Source: Candidatus Ozemobacteraceae bacterium
Lineage (GTDB): Bacteria > Muiribacteriota > Ozemobacteria > Ozemobacterales > Ozemobacteraceae
Length of the DNA: 64,000 nt
Direction of reading: 5' to 3'
Assembly: GCA_965140445.1 (NCBI GenBank)
Contig: OZ223236.1
Location: forward strand, 4,256,001-4,320,000
Shown here: one piece after another, positions 21,324-30,531 of the stretch
How the letters are laid out: each line of letters begins with the position of its first letter
Position numbering within the stretch: the stretch's first letter is position 1
Position numbers and translations under genes: made by a program
The notes under the pieces: generated by a model
What the model saw: the letters and a program-made list of their open reading frames with translations, nothing else
What the model was told of the DNA's origin: nothing
Database searches by the model: none

Positions 21324-22250
21324 ATGCCTGGCAAAATTACGTGGACAATAGAACCCGAGTATATTGGGTTAAGGCTTGATGCTGCGATCAGCTCAAAATA
21401 CCCCGATATCTCTCGTTCTGTAGCATCTGACATGATAAAGAACAGCGAGATTCTCCTGAATGGAGATCTGGTTAAACCATCAATAAAATTAAAAGGCGAA
21501 GAGGTTCTGACAATAACCTTTCGCGATGACGAAGCAGAAAATACAGTTTTACAACCTACACCTATGAATTTTCCGGTTTTATTCGAGGATGATGACATAA
21601 TTGTAATTAACAAGCCAACTGGACTTGTTGTACACCCTGGCGCAGGGGGGGAAACAGAAACTGTTGTCTCTGCACTTTTGAGTCACACAAATCTTAGCCC
21701 GGTTGGTGCTCCAATTAGACCTGGTGTTGTCCAGAGGCTTGATAAGGAAACCAGCGGAATAATGATTCTGGCTAAAACCCGAAAAGCGCATATGAACCTG
21801 GCTGAAGCTTTTGCTGGTCACGACATTCATAAAGAATATATAGCTATTGCACAGGGTCACATTGCCAACAAGAAAGGCAGAATTGAAGTCGCAATAGAAA
21901 GAGACAGGGTCCATCGCAAACGCATGAAGGCAACTTCCCCCGAAAATGGAAGAATGGCCATAAGCAAATTCGAGGTTATTGAGTATCTGGAAGGCGCTTC
22001 CCTGGTTAGAGTCAAAATTCTTACAGGAAGAACTCATCAAATCAGGGTTCACATGCAATTTATCGGGCACTCACTTTATGGAGATGCCACCTATGGTGGG
22101 AGAAAGCTACTTGGCAAGCACGAACATTTTCTTCATAGTGCGAAACTGAGTTTAAAGCACCCCATCACTGGGGAACAAATGACATGGGAAGCCGATCCAC
22201 CAGAAGCATTTCAGGAAGCAATTAATAAATTAAAAGGCCTTGAAACTTAA
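21324..22250 (+). CDS. rluD: RluA/RluD-family pseudouridine synthase with S4 domain
   Basis: RLD S4 start, INKPTGLVVHPG, QRLDKETSG (catalytic Asp), TGRTHQIRVH, GDATYG. Confidence 0.85.
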   Translation: MPGKITWTIEPEYIGLRLDAAISSKYPDISRSVASDMIKNSEILLNGDLVKPSIKLKGEEVLTITFRDDEAENTVLQPTPMNFPVLFEDDDIIVINKPTGLVVHPGAGGETETVVSALLSHTNLSPVGAPIRPGVVQRLDKETSGIMILAKTRKAHMNLAEAFAGHDIHKEYIAIAQGHIANKKGRIEVAIERDRVHRKRMKATSPENGRMAISKFEVIEYLEGASLVRVKILTGRTHQIRVHMQFIGHSLYGDATYGGRKLLGKHEHFLHSAKLSLKHPITGEQMTWEADPPEAFQEAINKLKGLET

Positions 22251-22312
22251 GGGTTTCTTAGAAAGAACTTTTTGCCGATGAACACTAACGAAAATATAAA
22301 ACAGGGTGCTCT

Positions 22313-22678
22313 ATGAGTCTTTCTTTAAAACTTGATAAAAATAAAATTTCTTCCAGAAAAGGAAACTTCGCCTTATACGCGATTGTTTTTCTGATGGTTG
22401 GAATAGTGCTGTCGATCTTCATCTTTTTCCCACAGTTTCTAAATATGCAATCTGGCATATACGGTATTACCTGCAGAGAAATTAAGCGAAAAGTTCAAAC
22501 TGCAGTTATGGATCATGATGCAAATGAAACTAAAAGTATTGTAAAAGCGAATAAAGTGGTTGATCTTGATGAATTAAAAGAAAAAGGATTCTTGGCGGAA
22601 ATTCAGTATTGCCCCGAAAAAGGCAAATACATATTTGATAAAACAGGAAAAGTTATCTGCACTGTTCACGACATGTAG
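22313..22678 (+). CDS. Pilin-like protein (ComGC-like fold, atypical cleavage site)
   Basis: Basic SRKG| followed by a hydrophobic helix; L..KGFL...CP.KGKY...ICTVH resembles the pilin at 670-1029. Confidence 0.6.
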   Translation: MSLSLKLDKNKISSRKGNFALYAIVFLMVGIVLSIFIFFPQFLNMQSGIYGITCREIKRKVQTAVMDHDANETKSIVKANKVVDLDELKEKGFLAEIQYCPEKGKYIFDKTGKVICTVHDM

Positions 22679-22712
22679 CAGTGATTAGGCGCATTAGCTC
22701 TACGGAGGAAAT

Positions 22713-23339
22713 ATGAGTAAGCATAGAAGAAGGACCTATCTGATTAAGACAGGGCTGCAACTTAGATACATGGGGATTATTATATCTACCATGTTATTAG
22801 TTGCTTTTGGAGTGGGATGGATAATTTATCACACTTCATGGAGTCGAATAGCAAACACCCCAGACCTCACTCTGGACAAGCTTTCAGACATCTTTGACAC
22901 TGTAAATCACCTGCTAATGAAATGGATAGTGGTTTTCCTCTTTGCGATTGCAATTTTATCTATATTTGTGTCACACAAGATTGCGGGGCCCGTCTATCGG
23001 TTGGAAGAGACCTCGCGTATTATTGCCTCGGGTGATTTAACAGCGAAAGTTCATCTGAGGCAGGGTGACGAATTGGGCGATTTACAGGAAGCTTTTAACA
23101 AGATGTCGGTCTCGCTAAGAAATATGGTAGCGAAAGATCGGGAAATTATTGAAAGATTAATTGTTTCAGGAAATCAGCTCAAAGAAACGATCAACAGCAA
23201 CAAACAGGACCCGGAATCTATCAAAAAGGTAACTCAGGATCTTTACGCGGTAATTGAGGAGCTTAGACTTGTTACCAGCGGATTTAAGATAGATGATCAG
23301 GATGTTATTGAAGAGAGCGAAGAAGAAGCAGAAGTTTAA
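22713..23339 (+). CDS. Two-TM HAMP-domain protein
   Basis: RRRTYLI...LQLRY; SHKIAGPVYRL, GDL...V.LRQGDELGDL..AFNKM. Confidence 0.8.
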   Translation: MSKHRRRTYLIKTGLQLRYMGIIISTMLLVAFGVGWIIYHTSWSRIANTPDLTLDKLSDIFDTVNHLLMKWIVVFLFAIAILSIFVSHKIAGPVYRLEETSRIIASGDLTAKVHLRQGDELGDLQEAFNKMSVSLRNMVAKDREIIERLIVSGNQLKETINSNKQDPESIKKVTQDLYAVIEELRLVTSGFKIDDQDVIEESEEEAEV

Positions 23340-23360
23340 CGTTTTTTCATAAGTCTATTT

Positions 23361-23393
23361 AAAGGGATTGTATCTTCTGATACAATCCTTTTT
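23361..23393 (+). terminator. Probable intrinsic terminator
   Basis: AAAGGGATTGTATC-ttct-GATACAATCCTTTTT hairpin. Confidence 0.65.
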
Positions 23394-23408
23394 ATATATG
23401 AAAAAAAA

Positions 23409-25007
23409 ATGAGGAAATTGAAGATGATTCATCAGAAAATTTTATGCAATGGAAAGTGGCAGGAAGCTAATTTTCCAGTTTCTTCTTTTAAAGCGGTTTA
23501 CCCTCGTGAAGCGAAACAAGGAGAGATGAGTTTTCCTATTTCCAGCTTTTTAGATATAGATGAAATGCTGCAATCTGCAGAAAAAGCTAAATTTGAGGTT
23601 GAAAACTGCAGCCGTGAAAAAAGAGCTGCCTTTCTGCGATTGTTATCAGAAAAAATTAATAAAAACAGCGAAGAGCTTTGTCAGATAGCATCAAACGAAA
23701 CAGGATTTGAAAAAAACGAAAGACTGATGCAAAAAGAATTGCCCAAGATGCTGGCGCAAATGAACATGGCAGCTGAATCCTGTGTAAATATTGAATGGAT
23801 GGAACCTACTATTGATTCTGAAAGAGAAATCAGATCAACCAGAGGGGCTCTGGATGGTCCAGTAGTTATTTTCGGCTCAACATGCTTTCCATTTTTAATG
23901 AACTCCTGCGGAGGAAATGACTTTGTATCAGCGATTTGTTCAGGAAATACAATCATTTCAAAAGGAAATCCAAATCATCCACAAACTTCCTTAAAACTTG
24001 CAGAGCTAATATTTGAATCGATTCAGGAAGCTGAAATGCCCATCCAGACATTTCAATTTTTCCACCATACAACCACAGATCTTGGGTATAGACTTGCAAG
24101 TCACCCCATGATAGGCGCTTTCAGCTTCTCTGGCAACAGACAATCCGGATTGGCCCTAAAGGAATCTGCGGATAGAGCTGGAAATCTATTCTTCGGACAG
24201 CTTTCTGGTATTAATCCCGTTTTTCTCTTTGCAGAAGCAGTAAACGAGAGGCCAACAGAGATTGCTGCTGATTTGCAGGATGCAATCCTGTTTTCTTCAG
24301 GTCAATATTACACAAAACCTGGAATCTGTTTTGTAACTGAATCTGAAGGCACCCGAACCATCATAAAAAGTTTAAAAGAAAATCTGGAAAATGCTGAAAA
24401 GCAGTATATGCTCAATGATCAGATTGCTAGAGATCTCGACACGGTTTTGTCGAACTTCATCAGAATTGGTGCCAAAAAAGTCACCTGCAGCCTGTTTCAT
24501 CCAGCAGAACCATTTATTTTTCCAGGCACAATAGTAGAAATCGACTTAAGGACTTTTTTGAAATTTTCAAGACACTTTCAGGAAATCACCTTTGGGCCTG
24601 TTCTGGTTTTTGTAATTGCAGATGAAGACTCACAGTTTGAAGATGCAATAAAAGTTCTTGAAGGCAGCCCTGCTATAAGCATCTATACTTCAAAAGGTGA
24701 AGAGGATAAACAGACTTACAACAAAATTTCATCCTCCCTTATCAGACTTACCGGAAGATTTTTAAACAACCAGATGCCAACAGACATAAGTCTTTCTTCT
24801 GCAGCAGTTTACGGCGGGCCTTTCCCTGCTTCAAATGCGCCTGGCTTTTCATCTATCGGATTCCCATCGTCAATAAAAAGATTCACCAGCTTAAAATGCT
24901 ATTCGAATGTTTGCGATGAATGGCTTCCTGACATCCTGAAGAACAAAAACCCTAATCCAGATTGCTTCAGATTAATTAATGGGAAATTGTCGAAAGAAAG
25001 CCTTTAA
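23409..25007 (+). CDS. Aldehyde dehydrogenase-fold protein (KGSADH-like), catalytic residues apparently substituted
   Basis: GPVVIFG..CFP, GGNDFVSA, KGNPNHPQTS, INPVF, GQYYTKPG, EITFGP, GGPFPAS; Tyr at the catalytic Cys position. Confidence 0.8.
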   Translation: MRKLKMIHQKILCNGKWQEANFPVSSFKAVYPREAKQGEMSFPISSFLDIDEMLQSAEKAKFEVENCSREKRAAFLRLLSEKINKNSEELCQIASNETGFEKNERLMQKELPKMLAQMNMAAESCVNIEWMEPTIDSEREIRSTRGALDGPVVIFGSTCFPFLMNSCGGNDFVSAICSGNTIISKGNPNHPQTSLKLAELIFESIQEAEMPIQTFQFFHHTTTDLGYRLASHPMIGAFSFSGNRQSGLALKESADRAGNLFFGQLSGINPVFLFAEAVNERPTEIAADLQDAILFSSGQYYTKPGICFVTESEGTRTIIKSLKENLENAEKQYMLNDQIARDLDTVLSNFIRIGAKKVTCSLFHPAEPFIFPGTIVEIDLRTFLKFSRHFQEITFGPVLVFVIADEDSQFEDAIKVLEGSPAISIYTSKGEEDKQTYNKISSSLIRLTGRFLNNQMPTDISLSSAAVYGGPFPASNAPGFSSIGFPSSIKRFTSLKCYSNVCDEWLPDILKNKNPNPDCFRLINGKLSKESL

Positions 25008-25170
25008 TACAATTAAAGTTAAACTAGATTAAAGCTGGAAAAATTCTGGACTATTGCTTTTAGCGCTTCTGATGCTTGTCGAGACCCTTTTGTCAATCTG
25101 GTCGAGGCATAAATTTCTCCGCCACAGCGGATTTATAATGGTTTCTTCAGTGCATGAGTTCGTTTTTGGT

Positions 25171-25992
25171 TTAGGGATGATTAGAACTACATTCGTTTGT
25201 ATTTGGAGAGCATTCAATAACAGGTTTCTGCGGAAACTCTCGGAGCAATTTTTCTCCCCATTTAACTGCCTTTGTGTGGCTAACATCAAGATCAAAAAAG
25301 TCTTTTACAAACATTATGTCCTGCAATTTTTGATATACTGGTCCTGGGAGATCTCGTTGGAGATATCGCATCCCAAAATCCCATCTTTCCGGGCAATATC
25401 GCATGCGTAGAAGTTCAACAAGTGGTTTTAATGTGTAGCCCCAGAAAGCAGCCAAAGCTTCTACCTCCTGACTTCTATTTATCGTCTTGCGAACAAATAG
25501 CTGACTCAATGAAAACCAGCCTTTCAGACTTTCCAACCGTTTGGATCGAAAAGCATCTGACGAGGACTCACTGGTAGGCTTACTACTTAGCCAATGGTCC
25601 TTATCGAATAGTGGCTGGATTTTTCCGTGTCGTTCAATGTTAAGACAATCCACGTATGACCCAGGAAGGTAGACACACACATCGACCAAAAGATAATCTC
25701 CACCATCCTTCAATTTGAAGTAGCGTCCCGGAGGTTCATCGTGGCTAACTAAAACTGGAGATACGCTCTCTAAAGTGGATTCGACTAACAAGAAGAAAGA
25801 GTCGATATCAGCCTCACTATCTAACAAAAAGTTCAGGTCTATGTCCGAAAACTCATCTTCAATACCAAAAGCTGCACTCCCGCCCTCCCATGCAGCCAAC
25901 ACATCAGGGATGGGTTGTAAAGACTTGCACAAAGTTTGTTTAACTTTTGTACGAAAAGCGGTTTGACATTCTTCCATAACTTGCTCCTTCAT
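25171..25992 (-). CDS. Pol-beta-type nucleotidyltransferase domain protein (distal cassette)
   Basis: AAWEGGSAAFG.EDEFSDIDL (GS...DxD) plus a helical C-domain. Confidence 0.75.
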   Translation of the reverse strand: MKEQVMEECQTAFRTKVKQTLCKSLQPIPDVLAAWEGGSAAFGIEDEFSDIDLNFLLDSEADIDSFFLLVESTLESVSPVLVSHDEPPGRYFKLKDGGDYLLVDVCVYLPGSYVDCLNIERHGKIQPLFDKDHWLSSKPTSESSSDAFRSKRLESLKGWFSLSQLFVRKTINRSQEVEALAAFWGYTLKPLVELLRMRYCPERWDFGMRYLQRDLPGPVYQKLQDIMFVKDFFDLDVSHTKAVKWGEKLLREFPQKPVIECSPNTNECSSNHP

Positions 25993-26588
25993 TGCTTATC
26001 ATCACCCGAATTGAGCTTTCTGTCTTTAATTCTCTCGGCAGGGAAAATTCCATCGAGTCGTTCAACAACAATTTGAAAAGTGTTATTCGGATTCTCCCCA
26101 TTGTCAATTTCGATCAGATACTTCCCGACTCCGGTTGGTCTGTAATTGACCGAATCAAGGTGTTTTCGAAGTTCCTCAGTTCTCGAATTTTCTTCTCCGT
26201 GGGCGGAGTGCCGTGAAGAACTTCCCGCTCGATCAGAATATCTCTTCAGAAGAATCTCATTGCTTGCTTTGAGGAAAATCTCACAAATTTCGTGATTCTG
26301 TGCATTGATTGCGTTGAGTAGTCTTATTCCACCAAACTCCGGATTTATACAGCCCTCAAAAATAAAGCTTCCCAGACCTTTAGAGAGTTCAGACGCGATT
26401 CGGAACATAAGCTCGTATCCTGCGCAACTAATGAACCTTGCCGAGGCTCCATCGCAGCTCTGCGCAGTTTCAGAAAGCCATTCGGAAATCCGATCACTGC
26501 TTATGTGTGGCAGGCCAAATTTTTCGCTGAGCTGATTAGAAAGAGTTGTCTTACCGGCTCCAGGTGGGCCATGTATCAAGAAAATCAT
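25989..26588 (-). CDS. P-loop kinase (AAA_33/NMP-kinase-like; distal cassette)
   Basis: IFLIHGPPGAGKTTL, ISSD, FIFEG, lid R..DR; ATGA overlap with the NTase gene. Confidence 0.75.
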   Translation of the reverse strand: MIFLIHGPPGAGKTTLSNQLSEKFGLPHISSDRISEWLSETAQSCDGASARFISCAGYELMFRIASELSKGLGSFIFEGCINPEFGGIRLLNAINAQNHEICEIFLKASNEILLKRYSDRAGSSSRHSAHGEENSRTEELRKHLDSVNYRPTGVGKYLIEIDNGENPNNTFQIVVERLDGIFPAERIKDRKLNSGDDKQ

Positions 26589-26651
26589 AGGGCTCTTCTC
26601 CTAATTTCCAATCTTGATCGATCGAAATTTTCTTTTGTGTTCTTCATTAAT

Positions 26652-26742
26652 AGCTAGCGCTAGTCGTGAGCGGGCGCCGATTGTCGCCATTGGCAAATGA
26701 TGGAATCAGGACTGGCGTTCCGAGTCGACGCGCTGGTTATGC
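26652..26742 (-). repeat. attC 1 (degenerate, long-family derivative)
   Basis: AGCTAGC (TAAC mutated) ...GTCGTGAGCGG...TTCCGAGTCGACGCGCTG-GTTATGC; apical hairpin missing. Confidence 0.75.
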
Positions 26743-27093
26743 AGTTTTTTTGTTTAAAATTGAATTTTTCAAAAGATTTTCACACAATTGATTAAGACTC
26801 AAATTTGATTGTAAAGCCTTTATAGTAAGCAATTTATGAAGTTCTTTATTTATCCTGAGAACAAATTTGCCTGAGTAATTCTTTTTGACCGTCTCTTCAG
26901 GAAAAGGAATTTGGTCCCTTTCATGAATCTCAATCCATTCGTCCAGAATTTTGCAAAGTTGTTTGTAAACATTTTGCTCATCATCACCATGGCAGCAAGG
27001 CCCTAAGAACCCAGGGATCGAACCAATATAGCAATTATCTTCATCTGACCATTCAACAATTTTTATGTATTTATCCTTTTTTTTCATTTTCAT
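26737..27093 (-). CDS. hicB: HicB-family antitoxin (orphan)
   Basis: Y.KIVEWSDEDNCYIGSIP...CCHG, then RHH domain YSGKFVLRI..ELH..L...A......SLNQ; stop codon inside the attC core. Confidence 0.85.
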   Translation of the reverse strand: MKMKKKDKYIKIVEWSDEDNCYIGSIPGFLGPCCHGDDEQNVYKQLCKILDEWIEIHERDQIPFPEETVKKNYSGKFVLRINKELHKLLTIKALQSNLSLNQLCENLLKNSILNKKTA

Positions 27094-27157
27094 GGGCCTC
27101 CTTTACTACCTTTTTAAGATCCTTCTCAAACTGTTTTGTAAAAATTGGTCTTAGCAT
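27071..27157 (-). pseudogene. yafQ: Truncated YafQ-like toxin N-terminus fused to a probable HicA C-terminal tail
   Basis: ATG overlaps the dinJ stop (TGATG); reads MLRPIFTKQFEKDLKK-VVKEAHENEKKG*; overlaps the hicB start. Confidence 0.7.
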
Positions 27158-27417
27158 CAGATTCCCAATTTTTCGAACATATCTTCTGCATCTTTGCATT
27201 CAACCAGATTCTTGCCAGATTCAGAATTCCTTAAAGGTTTCAATGTAGTTTCATTAGGAACCTTAAGATCAAAAGGAAGTCCGTTATTGAGTTCAACTTG
27301 TTTATAAAACAAATTTATGGCCTGAGTTGCATTTAAACCCAGTTTTTCGAATATCTTTTCAACATGATTTTTTAAAGAAGGCTCTACCCTCGCACGAATT
27401 GTTGCTGTTTTTGACAT
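27157..27417 (-). CDS. dinJ: RelB/DinJ-family antitoxin
   Basis: KTATIRARVEPSLK...IFEKLGL..TQAINLFYKQV...GLPF...PNETT; AGGTGA RBS. Confidence 0.9.
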   Translation of the reverse strand: MSKTATIRARVEPSLKNHVEKIFEKLGLNATQAINLFYKQVELNNGLPFDLKVPNETTLKPLRNSESGKNLVECKDAEDMFEKLGI

Positions 27418-27440
27418 TTTTATCACCTGCCTACTTTAAC

Positions 27441-27460
27441 TGTAGCCCAAACGGGGAACA
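27441..27460 (-). promoter_or_regulatory. Possible antitoxin operator overlapping a -10-like TACAGT
   Basis: Imperfect palindrome TGTTCCCC-gttt-GGGCTACA just upstream of dinJ; TA cassettes usually carry their own promoter. Confidence 0.35.
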
Positions 27461-27518
27461 AAAAAAACAAGACTCTTTATTGGAAATTTAATTTTGTTTT
27501 AGATTTCCATTTTTGGTG

Positions 27519-27628
27519 CCCTAACGACCTCTTGAGGCGCGAGCCGTGATTGGCGTGAAAAATGCTGAGCGAAGCGAAATGCATTTTTCATGCCAATAGG
27601 CGAGTCGCACTCGAAGCGCTTGTTATAT
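27519..27628 (-). repeat. attC 2 (non-family type)
   Basis: CCCTAAC...TTGGCGTGAAAAATGC/GCATTTTTCATGCCAA stem...GTTATAT. Confidence 0.85.
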
Positions 27629-27640
27629 TCCGATCATTAT

Positions 27641-28357
27641 CTAAAATACGTCATAAACAAATATATTAGAACTAAACCCCTTCAGTGCCTCACTACGAAG
27701 ATTCGCCACTTCTTTGTATTCAGAATGTTCAATTAATTCTTTTGAAGCTACTACTCCAGAATCTGAAGGTATGGCAAGCAAACGGAATGTTGCATTTACG
27801 GCTTTTCCTGAAATATCTTTTTGAGCATATTCTTTATATCCCATTGTTGCTAAAATTATACTTCCAAAATGCAGAGCAACTTTCAAATCCGCAGATATTA
27901 CCTTTTGAGACAATTTTGCAGCTTGAATTGCGCGCATTTGATTGTTCCTTCCGGTAAAAATCGCCAGTAAGCCTCCGCCCATATATTTAATTGGAATACC
28001 ATCGAATTGAAGTATCGATTCTGTTAAGCCCTGATATATTCCGTTCACCCAAATTATTGATTCTTTATCTTCCATTGAATCAATCTTTTTTGTTAATCCA
28101 GGAATACTTGAGAGGAATATAGATGCTTCGATATTTCCTTCCTGATTTGAAAAGGAACCAAGCAGCCAATCTGTCGTCACATCCAAAAGATTGGATAAGG
28201 CTACTATTTGTGAAATTTCTGGCGCATTTTCACCAGTCTCCCATTTTGATATTGCTTGGCGAGTTACATTGAGGGCGTTTGCTAGATAATTTTGGGAAAA
28301 TCCTTTTTCTTCTCGCTTTTTTCTGATTCGTATACCTAAATTTTTTGTAAAATCCAT
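27641..28357 (-). CDS. XRE-family HTH fused to a class III nucleotide cyclase-like domain lacking both catalytic Asp
   Basis: R.EKGFSQ..LA..LNVTRQAISKWETG..P; IFLSSIPGLT, KYMGGG, ALHFG, DISGKAVNATFRL. Confidence 0.8.
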   Translation of the reverse strand: MDFTKNLGIRIRKKREEKGFSQNYLANALNVTRQAISKWETGENAPEISQIVALSNLLDVTTDWLLGSFSNQEGNIEASIFLSSIPGLTKKIDSMEDKESIIWVNGIYQGLTESILQFDGIPIKYMGGGLLAIFTGRNNQMRAIQAAKLSQKVISADLKVALHFGSIILATMGYKEYAQKDISGKAVNATFRLLAIPSDSGVVASKELIEHSEYKEVANLRSEALKGFSSNIFVYDVF

Positions 28358-28465
28358 TCTATGATTCTATTTTCCTTTCTCTCTGCGAACAAGCGAAAAT
28401 TCCTCGCTATAAGGAGGTAGTATTTTCCTTAACTTTAAAGTACTAAGGCAGATTTAAAATCGTGA

Positions 28466-28594
28466 ATATAACGCTCAAGCTCAGGGGCCGCCGAGCGTTT
28501 TACAGCGAGGGGATTTCGGCGTTTTTGGCGGAATTCTTGTTTTTTACAAGAATTCTGACAAGCCGAAACGGTCTGCTGCAGCGCCTGGTTATGC
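28466..28594 (-). repeat. attC 3 (non-family type)
   Basis: ATATAAC...GAATTCTTGT/ACAAGAATTC apex...GTTATGC. Confidence 0.85.
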
Positions 28595-28598
28595 ATTT

Positions 28599-29408
28599 TT
28601 AAAACTCAGCATCAAATGGTTGTTCTGTGTTCTTTGGCCGGATTTGCTTTCTCTTCTTCAATACATTTTCAAACTCTTCGGGAAGTTTGGCCTTTATTGA
28701 TTTTAAGTAGTCCAGAACGAGGCTATCCTCGTATGAAAGATTTTTGTTACGATCTTGGATTATCCTCTTTATACAAAACGCTTCTAAGGCATTTGAATTG
28801 AGGCTCTTAAGTAGACCAAAGTTCTCCTCTGTAAAATACCAAGGGTCATTTTTCATCTTTTCGACAAGCCATGCGATTTTTCTGGGTTCTCCCCGAGCAG
28901 CCCCATTGGTATTACATAAGGCTTGAATCTGTTTTTTAAATGGAGAAGCAGCGTCCCCCTCTCGATCATCGCCCATAATCTCAAAGATGGCTCTATACTC
29001 ATTGGGGCCCAGGAAGTTTAACTCTTTTAAAACGATCAGAAGTTTATCCTTGTCAAGTTGATCTGCTGTTGTCAGGCATTTCTTAAACACTTTTTTAATA
29101 TAGGGGGCTAGAATTTGGTTATGTGCGTATCCAGAATTTGAGTTTACTTTGTGAAGGACGGTCGTTAGGTAAGCCACCCTGTCTTGAGCAATGGAGATCT
29201 TTTTCAAAACGGCTTTGAAGACCAGTGGACTCTTGGATTTTCCAACGAGTTTCATTAATTTTGTAATCTCACCATCAGAGGCGGTTTCCCAAGAAAGTTC
29301 CTCAATCATTTGCGCAATGGAGTTTTCGTTGGCAAAGGCATGGGGGGGGAGAAAGCAAAGTGCCAAAAAAAGAGTAAGAACCAATGGGAAACCTCGATTA
29401 ACTTCCAT
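28599..29408 (-). CDS. Hypothetical exported protein (cassette)
   Basis: AAGGAG RBS; signal peptide ending AFA; flanked by GTTATGC/GCATAAC. Confidence 0.75.
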   Translation of the reverse strand: MEVNRGFPLVLTLFLALCFLPPHAFANENSIAQMIEELSWETASDGEITKLMKLVGKSKSPLVFKAVLKKISIAQDRVAYLTTVLHKVNSNSGYAHNQILAPYIKKVFKKCLTTADQLDKDKLLIVLKELNFLGPNEYRAIFEIMGDDREGDAASPFKKQIQALCNTNGAARGEPRKIAWLVEKMKNDPWYFTEENFGLLKSLNSNALEAFCIKRIIQDRNKNLSYEDSLVLDYLKSIKAKLPEEFENVLKKRKQIRPKNTEQPFDAEF

Positions 29409-29434
29409 ATATCACTCCTTCGATTGTTTCAATT

Positions 29435-29535
29435 GCATAACGCCAGTCGTGGCCGGTAAAACGAGACGGGCGCGGGTGTTGCATCAGCAAGAACCGTGAC
29501 AGCGGCTATTTTCCGTGTCGACGCACTTGTTAAAC
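29435..29535 (-). repeat. attC 4 (short family)
   Basis: GCATAAC-GCCAGTCGTGGCCGG...TTCCGTGTCGACGCACTT-GTTAAAC. Confidence 0.92.
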
Positions 29536-29574
29536 TTGCTCTCCTAATTTTTATTTTTTTCATTAATTCTTCGA

Positions 29575-30531
29575 TTAATTCTTGATCTTATGAATAATAC
29601 CGACCTTAACCAACCATTCGACGACTAGTTCAGGCCAATTTGTAATTGGAAATTCTGTTCTTCTAAGACCAAAAGCATGCCCGCCTTCTTCAAAAATTCT
29701 AGTCTCAACCATTACCTTATTCTTTTCTAAAGCTTTTTGATAAAGAATCGAATATTCGACAGGGTCAACATTGTCGTCTTTTGCGTGAATTAAAAGAGTT
29801 GGAGGAGTTTCTGATGTAACGGGCAAAAAAGGATTGAGCCCCAACTTAACATTATAATTTTTTGCCATATGGCCTGGATAAATTGGTATCGAAAAATCTG
29901 GACGACAGCTCTCTTTATCAGCCTCGTCAACTATTGAATACAGTCGTTTTTTGTAATTGGTACTAATTGCTGCTGCCAAATGGCCACCGGCTGAGAACCC
30001 AAGCACGCCAATTTTATTTGGGTTAATTTTCCATTTTTCTGCGTTATACCTAAGAAGCCCCATTGCTCGCTGCGCATCTTGTAATGCCGATGCGGAATTT
30101 GGATATGGTCCAGACCTGTTTTCAGGCTTTCCGTAGGGCACACGATATTTTAATAAAACACACGTAAAGCCTCTTAATGTAAACCAGTCACAAACTTCAG
30201 TTCCTTCAAGATCGATAGCTAGCACCTGATAGCCGCCGCCAGGAAACACAACTATTGTCACACCGGTATCTGCGGCTTTTGGCGGATAGATGGTGATGGT
30301 TGGCCTCTCAACATTCATAACTGCAGTCCAAGGTTTATTTGCAACTTTGTTTTTAGCCGGAACTGCATTCTCCGGGCCTTTTACTATTTGGCCGCCAGGT
30401 GCTGAATTTGGCCATATTTGAATTTGTTGATGGTCTACCTGTTGGAAAGCAGCCGCGTAACCAAATTCAAAAGCGGACATAAAAAAACTTAAACTCAGAA
30501 AAATAATCTTTGCCATAGGTAAAAATCTCAT
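29575..30531 (-). CDS. Exported alpha/beta hydrolase (esterase) (cassette)
   Basis: FPGGGY, GFSAGG nucleophile elbow, DNVD, GGHAFG. Confidence 0.88.
   Translation of the reverse strand: MRFLPMAKIIFLSLSFFMSAFEFGYAAAFQQVDHQQIQIWPNSAPGGQIVKGPENAVPAKNKVANKPWTAVMNVERPTITIYPPKAADTGVTIVVFPGGGYQVLAIDLEGTEVCDWFTLRGFTCVLLKYRVPYGKPENRSGPYPNSASALQDAQRAMGLLRYNAEKWKINPNKIGVLGFSAGGHLAAAISTNYKKRLYSIVDEADKESCRPDFSIPIYPGHMAKNYNVKLGLNPFLPVTSETPPTLLIHAKDDNVDPVEYSILYQKALEKNKVMVETRIFEEGGHAFGLRRTEFPITNWPELVVEWLVKVGIIHKIKN

Noticed and set aside
25029..25170. Possible further attC or gene remnant at the distal array end
   Set aside because: No TAAC...GTT palindrome or family motif was found; the overlapping ORFs have no recognisable features.
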